A stretch of DNA of 37,775 nt, taken from the IMG/VR virus record IMGVR_UViG_3300044256_000031; one strand, given 5' to 3'. The notes under the pieces are model-generated. The model made no database searches. It was not told where the DNA came from and saw only the letters and a program-made list of their open reading frames with translations. This stretch comes from a virus. The translations under genes and the position numbers were made by a program. This document shows positions 31,823 to 37,775 of this stretch, piece after piece. Within the stretch, counting starts at the first letter, position 1, and every line of letters begins with the position of its first letter.

Positions 31823-32313
31823 GTGAGCACATACTGTGTAAGGTTGACGTCAGCCTGCGCACCCTTCCACAGGCCCAGGTGCTCCCCAAGTTTTTCCAAC
31901 GCCTGCAACTTATTGTGCAGCTTCAGGCGTATCGTGCCGCCATGTTCGGTCGTCGTTTCCGAGACTTCCGCGACCACGCGGCGCTGCGCCGGCGTCAGGC
32001 TCGCAGAATCCTTCAGACGCACCCCATCTCCCCCCCACCGCATGTAGGTACTCATATCGGCAAAGCCCACATGCGCCAGTTCGGTCACCACCCGTTCTTG
32101 CGTCACCGCACAGGCGGCCTGGAGGGCCTGCTGGCGGGCGGCGATGGCCTCGGCAATGTAGGGTTTTGTGAGGTTTTCATAGCCGATGAACCGCGCGGTT
32201 GTCGCACTATAGCCGGCACGGATAGCCGCTTGCGTCGCGTTCAGATCGATGAGGTACTCATCGACAAAGCGCTGTTGCAGGGGCCTGAGCGTGCGTGTGG
32301 TCGTGCGCGGCAT
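31798..32313 (-). CDS. terS: Terminase small subunit (Terminase_2-like HTH)
   Basis: Contains LRPLQQRFVDEYLIDLNATQAAIRAGYSATTARFIGYENLTKPYIAEAI. The start is uncertain (32313, 32325 or 32352). Confidence 0.85.
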   Translation of the reverse strand: MPRTTTRTLRPLQQRFVDEYLIDLNATQAAIRAGYSATTARFIGYENLTKPYIAEAIAARQQALQAACAVTQERVVTELAHVGFADMSTYMRWGGDGVRLKDSASLTPAQRRVVAEVSETTTEHGGTIRLKLHNKLQALEKLGEHLGLWKGAQADVNLTQYVLTWLSKSPS

Positions 32314-32397
32314 AGCGTCCCCCATCCGTGTGCCGGGGGTGAGGCGGCACACGGCGGGTGTGGTAATTCAGAGAGTCTGATGGCATGCACAGGAGAT

Positions 32398-32491
32398 CGT
32401 AGAGGATGGAACTACCGGGGAGTAGACGCAGGTAGTTCCATCAGAAACATACATACTATACTCATATGTATGTATCCTCTACGAACTACCT
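32398..32491. promoter_or_regulatory. AT-rich nested inverted repeats upstream of terS (late-operon control region)
   Basis: A 10-bp closing stem CGTAGAGGAT/ATCCTCTACG encloses the hairpins GGAACTACC/GGTAGTTCC and ACATACAT/ATGTATGT. A second GAACTACC copy lies at 32483-32490. TATAGT is present on the minus strand. Confidence 0.5.
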
Positions 32492-32555
32492 ACACGAGCG
32501 TGAAGGTAAATGAGCGTGTGAGGCATGTCAAGCGGAAAAGTTCAGGCGTCGTCCG

Positions 32556-32762
32556 TCAGGCAGAGGCGCCCTCCTCTGACAGGGGGACCAGCCACCGCAG
32601 ATGGCCGCTGCTGGTCGTCTCCGTCCGCCACATGGCGGCCCGCAGCAGGGCCTGACAGCCGGTGCACGTGTAGATCGCCCCTTGACGCAGGTCGTAGGCG
32701 GTGAGCGGGGCGGTGCCCCGGCAGGAGGGGCAGGTGATGGGCCAGCGGACGATGGGAAGCAC
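32556..32762 (-). CDS. Small zinc-ribbon protein (CPSC...CTGC)
   Basis: GTG 32762 is preceded by AGGAGGG. The product is 68 aa. Confidence 0.55.
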   Translation of the reverse strand: MLPIVRWPITCPSCRGTAPLTAYDLRQGAIYTCTGCQALLRAAMWRTETTSSGHLRWLVPLSEEGASA

Positions 32763-32872
32763 GAGCGGCCCTCCTGGATGGCGCGCATCTGCGCATGGCG
32801 CGTGGGCCAACGCGAAAGGAGACGACGGTCAGCACCGCTGCCTCTACAGAGGCGCGGCTGGAAGCGGAGAGA

Positions 32873-32917
32873 GCAGACCCGCACATGCCCGGATCCTTCA
32901 CCGGGTACCGGGTCTGC
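32873..32917 (-). terminator. Strong stem-loop downstream of the CI-like gene (candidate terminator)
   Basis: GCAGACCCG / CGGGTCTGC 9-bp stem with inner pairing, followed on the minus strand by the pyrimidine-rich UCUCUCCGCUUCC. Confidence 0.4.
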
Positions 32918-32974
32918 CATCACACCGCCGCGCCTGCGGAGGCGTGCTGCGCCGGATGCTGGCGGCGCCATAGT

Positions 32975-33496
32975 TCACGCTGGGGCAGGTGGCCCAGCGT
33001 CTGGGCTGGGTGCGGAAGGTCCGTCGAGAGGTCCACCCACACGCAGCTCCTCGCCCGCGTCACGCGCCCGGAAGAAGGACACAAACACCCGGCGCGTGAC
33101 GCGCTCGACCTCGGCCACCACCTGCGCCAGGTGCGCCGCCAATTCTTCCCGCACCATGTCCCGCAGGGCCGCCTGCACGTCCTCCGACTGCGCCAGCAGC
33201 CCCTCGACATGCTGATACACCGTCTGGTGGTCCCCGTTCGCATTGTTGGTAATATGCGCCGTCCCGGCACTCTGTTCCCCCACCAGCTGGCTCACCCCGA
33301 TCCCCAATTGAATCGCAATATCCATCAGCTTTTCGACGGACGGCGCCTTTTCCCCCGCCTCGATCGCTGAAATCGTCGCGCCACTCGCAAACCCTACCCG
33401 GGTGGCCAGGTCATCCTGCGTCACCCCGATCTGGTCCCGGTACATACGAATATTTTTGCCAATACGCTGCACCCGCGTTGACCCTGGCACACCCAC
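32975..33496 (-). CDS. XRE-family HTH regulator (CI-like repressor)
   Basis: HTH region IRMYRDQIGVTQDDLATRVGFASGATISAIEAGEKAPSVEKL. The gene is divergent from a Cro-like gene. Confidence 0.85.
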   Translation of the reverse strand: MGVPGSTRVQRIGKNIRMYRDQIGVTQDDLATRVGFASGATISAIEAGEKAPSVEKLMDIAIQLGIGVSQLVGEQSAGTAHITNNANGDHQTVYQHVEGLLAQSEDVQAALRDMVREELAAHLAQVVAEVERVTRRVFVSFFRARDAGEELRVGGPLDGPSAPSPDAGPPAPA

Positions 33497-33544
33497 TCCT
33501 TTCCTGTGTCCCCCCGCTGCACAAAAAAATCGTCCAGGTCCTCC

Positions 33545-33559
33545 GGTAAGAATATTACC
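33545..33559. promoter_or_regulatory. Operator-like palindrome GGTAA-N5-TTACC (site 1)
   Basis: GGTAAGAATATTACC in the CI/Cro intergenic region. Confidence 0.6.
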
Positions 33560-33608
33560 ACAACAGAAAAACTCCCAGAACTATTACAGTTTTTTAGATA
33601 GCGAAAAT

Positions 33609-33623
33609 GGTAACAATATTACC
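33609..33623. promoter_or_regulatory. Operator-like palindrome GGTAA-N5-TTACC (site 2)
   Basis: GGTAACAATATTACC. Confidence 0.6.
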
Positions 33624-33687
33624 AACACCAGCATGGCCAAATTTGTTCCCCTCATTTCTTTTCTGTTCACGTGCCCTTTTTGTTTAT

Positions 33688-33702
33688 GGTAAGGTGGTTG
33701 CC
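33688..33702. promoter_or_regulatory. Degenerate operator-like site 3
   Basis: GGTAAGGTGGTTGCC; half-site conserved. Confidence 0.35.
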
Positions 33703-33736
33703 ATACATGAGAAACACTGAAGGAGAGGGGGACCTC

Positions 33737-33970
33737 ATGCTCCTGCGTGTGCGAGAATTCCGGCAACGGGCTCGCCTCAGTCAAGCCGCTCTGGCCACCC
33801 AATCACATTGTTCCCGAGAGCTTATTTCGGCCATCGAAAACGACCGCCATAGCCCGAACGTCAGACTGCTGTACCGCATCGCCGGTGCCCTGCACGTCCC
33901 ACTCTGGAGCCTCTTTAACGACCAGGAACCGGATGACCACCTCCCCCACACGGGCTCCCGTGCCTCATGA
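33737..33970 (+). CDS. XRE-family HTH regulator (Cro-like)
   Basis: 77 aa. Contains LRVREFRQRARLSQAALATQSHCSRELISAIENDRHSPNVRLL. RBS GAAGGAGAGGGGG is present. Confidence 0.85.
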   Translation: MLLRVREFRQRARLSQAALATQSHCSRELISAIENDRHSPNVRLLYRIAGALHVPLWSLFNDQEPDDHLPHTGSRAS

Positions 33971-34158
33971 CTGCTGCTCGTCGCCCGGTGGGCGGCCCCC
34001 ACGCTGCTGCTGCTGGTGGCGTAGGATGCACTTCTGATAGACGCGTTTATGTCAACTTTGCCTCGACGGCGTTGCACGCCGCGAGAATGGGACCCCGCAT
34101 GCATGCTGTCTCGCGCATCATCCCTGCGGTATTGCCCCGCGCTGAGGAGGGTCTGTTC

Positions 34159-34395
34159 ATGCTTGTGTGCAGTATTTGTGCTGACCCGTATCCCTGGCAC
34201 CGTGCCTGCGACCAGAGCCATGCGGGGCTCTGCCATAGCTGTGCCGTGCTGAACTTCGGCAGCACCCCGACGGACAATCCCCCGCACCCCGCCCCCATGG
34301 AGACCGTCCCGCACCTCACAGCGTATGCCCGACGGGTGCTGCAGCAGGTCCCCGAGGTGCGCCACGTGTGGCTGGAAGGGGACGATCGTGGCTGA
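34159..34395 (+). CDS. Small Cys/His-rich protein
   Basis: ATG preceded by GAGGAGGG. Contains CSICADPYPWHRACDQSHAGLCHSC. Confidence 0.6.
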   Translation: MLVCSICADPYPWHRACDQSHAGLCHSCAVLNFGSTPTDNPPHPAPMETVPHLTAYARRVLQQVPEVRHVWLEGDDRG

Positions 34396-34597
34396 GCTGG
34401 TCCCCATCACCTTCCTCTCCACCCTCGGGCAACGGGTGCGCTGGGCGCTGGAGCCGGACGGCCGCTGGCGCGTCATGGCGCGGCTCGACGAGCAGAGCCG
34501 GCTCCGGAGCGGCGTGCGCTACCAGTTGCGGGCCATGAACGATACCCAGGACGTCAGCGCGTCTGAGCCCGATCTGACGCCGGCGAAGGACGCCTAG
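34388..34597 (+). CDS. Hypothetical protein (69 aa)
   Basis: GTG overlaps the previous stop (GTGGCTGA). Confidence 0.55.
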   Translation: MAELVPITFLSTLGQRVRWALEPDGRWRVMARLDEQSRLRSGVRYQLRAMNDTQDVSASEPDLTPAKDA

Positions 34598-34999
34598 ATG
34601 CGCGGCTGTACCTGTACCGGGATGACCCTGTGCCCCACGTGCCATGTCCTTGCCGTCCGTGCCGGGGTGGTGGTGCCCGAGGCCGCGCCAGCGATCACGG
34701 AGCGGGCGTTCCAGACCGCTGTCCTGCGCGTGGCAAAGTCCTCTGGCTGGGCTGGCTATTTTACGAAGGACAGTCGCAGAAGCCCCAGTGGCTTTCCGGA
34801 TCTTGTCCTTGTCCGACCCCCACACGCAGACCAGCCTGGCACGGCGCTCTTTTGGGAACTCAAGAGTGCTGATGGCGTGCTGACGCTCCAACAAGCGCAC
34901 TGGTTGCGCCTGCTCAGTGCGGTGACGCAGGTCGAGGCGGGGATGTATCGGCCCGAGGCGTGGGACAGCATGGTGGCGCGATTGCGCGGGGAGACGTAG
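34598..34999 (+). CDS. VRR-NUC domain nuclease
   Basis: Contains ERAFQTAVLRVAKSSGWAGYFTKDSRRSPSGFPDLVLVRP...ALFWELKSADGVLTLQQAHWL. Confidence 0.8.
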   Translation: MRGCTCTGMTLCPTCHVLAVRAGVVVPEAAPAITERAFQTAVLRVAKSSGWAGYFTKDSRRSPSGFPDLVLVRPPHADQPGTALFWELKSADGVLTLQQAHWLRLLSAVTQVEAGMYRPEAWDSMVARLRGET

Positions 35000-35002
35000 G
35001 GC

Positions 35003-35185
35003 ATGCCGAGCGCCGTGGATCGCCAGGTGGTGCTGGAGCAAGGCCGGTGTGCCATAGAAATCGCCGCACAATTGGGGACCTCGCGATGCGCCACGAACGC
35101 CACCGATGGCAGCACCGACAACGCAATATCTTGGGGCAGCAAGGGAGCACCCATTACGCGTGCTCCGATACCTGCGCCGTCATGA
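35003..35185 (+). CDS. Hypothetical small protein (possible HTH)
   Basis: Contains IEIAAQLGTSR. The C-terminal half is low in complexity and overlaps the convergent RHH gene. Confidence 0.35.
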   Translation: MPSAVDRQVVLEQGRCAIEIAAQLGTSRCATNATDGSTDNAISWGSKGAPITRAPIPAPS

Positions 35186-35360
35186 CCTCATGCAAGGCGG
35201 GGTCCGTGTGCTCACGCAAGCGCGTCGTGGTCTCTGTCAGCAACGTCACCAAGAATTGCTGCATACTCGTATCGTATTGATTAGCAAGCCGTTTCAACGT
35301 TTTGCGGAGATCGTCAGGTAAAAAGATTTGCAGTTTATACGGCATTGTCACGCTGGCCAT
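35154..35360 (-). CDS. Ribbon-helix-helix (CopG/Arc-like) DNA-binding protein
   Basis: YKLQIFLPDDLRKTLKRLANQYDTSMQQFLVTLL has a beta-strand, helix, helix pattern. The gene is divergent from the primase gene. Confidence 0.7.
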   Translation of the reverse strand: MASVTMPYKLQIFLPDDLRKTLKRLANQYDTSMQQFLVTLLTETTTRLREHTDPALHEVMTAQVSEHA

Positions 35361-35382
35361 AGCACCTCCTGTGAGGAAAGAG

Positions 35383-35450
35383 AGTTACTTGAATATACCT
35401 AGTGACGCTGCTCTCGTCAAGTTATTGTAGTATAATGACTGTAGTTACTT
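35383..35450. promoter_or_regulatory. Divergent promoter region with a TATAAT box (35431-35436) and an 8-bp direct repeat AGTTACTT (35383, 35443)
   Basis: Read directly. AT-rich region between the RHH and primase genes. Confidence 0.45.
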
Positions 35451-35487
35451 AGTTTATGAAGATAGTGTGGCACATTGAGGAGCGAGC

Positions 35488-37419
35488 ATGCTGACCTCAG
35501 CCCATCACGACCAACTCAGACAATCGGCCCTCACGCCAACGATCATCCAACAGCGCGGCTATGCGTCCCTCGACCACCCGGGCGAGGCCCTCGATTGTCA
35601 GTTCAGTAAAACCCAATCCCGGCTGGTGCCAGGTCTCCTGATTCCTCTCTGGAATGTGCACGGTGCCCAGGCAGGGGTCTCCCTCCGGCCGAATGCTCCC
35701 CGCCAGTATAAAGATGGGAAGATCAATAAGTACGAATTGCCCCCTGGTGTCACCCTCACCCTCGACTGCCATCCTGCAGTCCAAGCGGATCTCGGCAACC
35801 CCCACGTCCCCCTCTTTCTCACCGAAGGCGTCAAAAAAGGCGATGCGCTGGCATCCATCGGCGCCTGTACCATCGCCCTCAATGGCGTGTGGGGCTTCCG
35901 TGGGAAGAATGGCCACGGCGGACAGGTCATCCTCCCCGAATGGGAGTATGTCGCGTTGAACGAGCGCACGGTGTACATCGTCTATGACAACGATGTCAGC
36001 CGCAAGACCACTGTGCAACACGCCTTACACGCCCTGCGCCGCTTCCTCCAGGACCGCCAAGCGCTGCCCCAGGTGATTTATCTGCCGGACAGCGAGCACA
36101 AGCTGGGCGTCGATGATTTTCTCGCCCAGGGCCATACGCTCGAGGATCTCCTCGCCCTGGCCGAACCGCAGACACAACGCCGTGTCCGCAGCCGCGAGCA
36201 CATCCGTGACGATCACGCCTGGCGGCGACAGCTCGAATACAGCGTGAGTGGTACACTCAAACCCACATATTTTAATGTGGGCATGTTCCTCAAGCATCAC
36301 CACTTCTGGAAGGAGCGCTTCTGGCTCGATGTCCTGCACAACCGCCCGATGCTCGGCGATCTCCCCGTCGATGACGTCACCATCACGCGAATTACCCAGT
36401 GGTTTGGGGAACAGGAAGCGCTGCCACTGATGCAGACCAGGCAGGTCAAAGATGCCCTCGCTGCAGAATGTGCCGAGCATCCCAGGGACCTCTTGCGGGA
36501 AGAACTGCTGGCCCTCCCTCCCTGGGATGAGACGCCGCGCCTCACCTCATGGCTCACACAGGTGGCCCACACGAGCCCGGATGCCTACGGCCAGGCCGTC
36601 TCCAGGCTGCTCCCCGTCTCGATGGTCGCCCGGGCCATGGACCCGGGGCAACTCTACCGCTTCGTCGTCATTCTCCAGGGACCGCAAGAGGCAGGCAAAA
36701 GCGAACTGGTCCGGCTGCTCGCCAGTGACGAGTGGTACGGCGAACTGATGCAGGACCTCGAGAGCAAAGAGGCCCAGATGCGCCTCCAGGGGAAATGGGT
36801 GGTCGAACTCGCCGAACTCCATGCACTTTCACGGACGCAGGAGACGCGCATGAAAGCGTTTATTAGTCTCCGCGAGGATGTCTTTATCCCCAAGTACAGC
36901 AATAGTGAGGTACGGCATCCCCGGCGCTGCATCTTTGTGGGCACCACGAACCAGCATGCCTATCTCCGCGATGCCACAGGCAATACACGCTATCTCCCCA
37001 TTGAGACCGGGGCACAGATCGACCTCGAGGCGCTCGAACTCCTGCGCACGCAACTCCTGGCGGAGGCGCTGGCATACTACAAGGCACATCCGAAAGACTG
37101 GTGGCGCCTCTCGGATGAGGCCCACGTCTTGGCGGAGACGCGTCGCGAGGATGTGCGGGAAGTCAAAGTCTATCAAGAACGCTTGGCCGAATGGATTCCC
37201 CACTGGCTCGATGATCCGCTACACATCCTCACATGGGATGCGATCGCAGAGCATTGTCTCCAGATCCGTCCAGAAGGATGGAAGGAGAAGTCCCTGCAAA
37301 TGGAGATCACGAGTACCTTGCAACTCATGGGCTATCGGCGTCGCCCGCGTATCTGGCTCGAGGGCAAACAGGTGCGGCCCTGGGTTCTTGAGCGGCCTGA
37401 GCCTGGCAGCGAGGGCTAG
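35488..37419 (+). CDS. Primase/helicase-type replication protein (N-terminal Toprim/DUF3854-like, C-terminal VirE/D5-like P-loop)
   Basis: Contains TEGVKKGDALAS and VYIVYDNDV (Toprim), and a P-loop VVILQGPQEAGKSELV followed by KWVVELAELHAL...FIPKYSNS...RRCIFVGTTN. Confidence 0.85.
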   Translation: MLTSAHHDQLRQSALTPTIIQQRGYASLDHPGEALDCQFSKTQSRLVPGLLIPLWNVHGAQAGVSLRPNAPRQYKDGKINKYELPPGVTLTLDCHPAVQADLGNPHVPLFLTEGVKKGDALASIGACTIALNGVWGFRGKNGHGGQVILPEWEYVALNERTVYIVYDNDVSRKTTVQHALHALRRFLQDRQALPQVIYLPDSEHKLGVDDFLAQGHTLEDLLALAEPQTQRRVRSREHIRDDHAWRRQLEYSVSGTLKPTYFNVGMFLKHHHFWKERFWLDVLHNRPMLGDLPVDDVTITRITQWFGEQEALPLMQTRQVKDALAAECAEHPRDLLREELLALPPWDETPRLTSWLTQVAHTSPDAYGQAVSRLLPVSMVARAMDPGQLYRFVVILQGPQEAGKSELVRLLASDEWYGELMQDLESKEAQMRLQGKWVVELAELHALSRTQETRMKAFISLREDVFIPKYSNSEVRHPRRCIFVGTTNQHAYLRDATGNTRYLPIETGAQIDLEALELLRTQLLAEALAYYKAHPKDWWRLSDEAHVLAETRREDVREVKVYQERLAEWIPHWLDDPLHILTWDAIAEHCLQIRPEGWKEKSLQMEITSTLQLMGYRRRPRIWLEGKQVRPWVLERPEPGSEG

Positions 37420-37436
37420 GGGGCCAGAAGACACGA

Positions 37437-37717
37437 GGTGGTCTTGTGGTGGTCTTGGGTGGTCTTGGCAGTTGAACCGCTATTTTCCTTCTCCAAGACC
37501 ACTAAGACCACTAAGACCACATAAAAGGAGAAAAGATATATAAAACGGAAACACCATCATCGTCGATAACGTCGATAACGTCGATAACGGGGGTGAATAC
37601 TATAGTAGTACGGGAAATGGTGTGCTTTGTGGTCTTGGTGGTCTTTCGCGAGTAACGACGTAGAGATATGCAAGACCAGCTCCAAAAATGGGTGGTCTTG
37701 CCACGGAGGTGGTCTTG
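37437..37717. promoter_or_regulatory. Iteron-type replication origin
   Basis: GGTGGTCTTG occurs three times in tandem (37437-37467). The inverted motif (C/T)AAGACCAC occurs three times (37494-37520). An AT-rich stretch follows (37521-37545), then CGTCGATAA three times in tandem (37561-37587). Further GGTCTT(G/T) copies lie at 37628-37646, 37691-37700 and 37708-37717. Confidence 0.7.
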
Positions 37718-37775
37718 TGGCCGATACGCAACTCGATCTGATGTCCTGGTCTCCCCCCATGCAGCACACCGAGCG
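37649..37775. repeat. Terminal direct repeat, second copy (includes the helicase 5' end)
   Basis: Identical to 1-127. Confidence 0.95.

Noticed and set aside
32528-32971. ORFs 32528..32971 (-) and 32542..32901 (-), between the CI-like gene and the zinc-ribbon gene
   Set aside because: The translations are low in complexity and Arg/Pro-rich, and they span a strong stem-loop (32873-32917). Only the short zinc-ribbon ORF with AGGAGGG-GTG looks real.
37561-37587. Tandem 9-bp repeats and iterons as a possible CRISPR array
   Set aside because: The units are only 9-11 bp and directly abutting, with no unique spacers. The context is a replication origin.
1-37775. Integrase, excisionase, partition genes, tRNA genes and recognisable defence or anti-defence operons
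   Set aside because: None could be supported from the translations or from intergenic sequence by eye. This absence is provisional until HMM and tRNA scans are run.

Overview
The window is one complete, circularly closed replicon. Bases 1-127 are identical to 37649-37775, giving a unit length of 37,648 bp. It is a high-GC tailed-phage genome.

The minus strand carries a P22-like podovirus morphogenesis module. It contains small and large terminase, a portal with a C-terminal Q-rich coiled coil, scaffold, P22-type coat, a gp4-like adaptor, a gp10-like tail hub and a coiled-coil needle-like protein. These are followed by four large internal/ejection proteins (one with an SLT lytic transglycosylase domain) and two tail-fibre proteins (one with an S74 chaperone domain).

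The plus strand carries the early and replication module. It contains a Cro-like HTH, small Cys-rich proteins, a VRR-NUC nuclease and a Toprim/VirE primase. An iteron-rich origin follows, then an SF2 helicase, a SWIM-finger protein and more small ORFs.

A divergent CI-like/Cro-like pair with palindromic operators is present, but I see no integrase.

Accessory content:
- an intact IS200/IS605 element (tnpA + tnpB)
- a low-GC MazG cassette flanked by 28-bp direct repeats
- two free-standing HNH endonuclease genes, antisense inside the late operon, each with the same promoter and structured leader
- an OmpA-domain lipoprotein
- a plus-strand island of small membrane proteins

The most unusual signal is a family of large, highly structured noncoding elements: two full copies of about 340-356 nt and one divergent copy of about 440 nt. 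Their stems covary between copies. They always lie antisense to the surrounding operon. Their 5' hairpin matches the left-end hairpin of the resident IS200/IS605 element. The tnpB gene itself appears to lack the canonical RuvC-II glutamate.

All calls come from reading the sequence and ORF translations by eye. No database search was possible.
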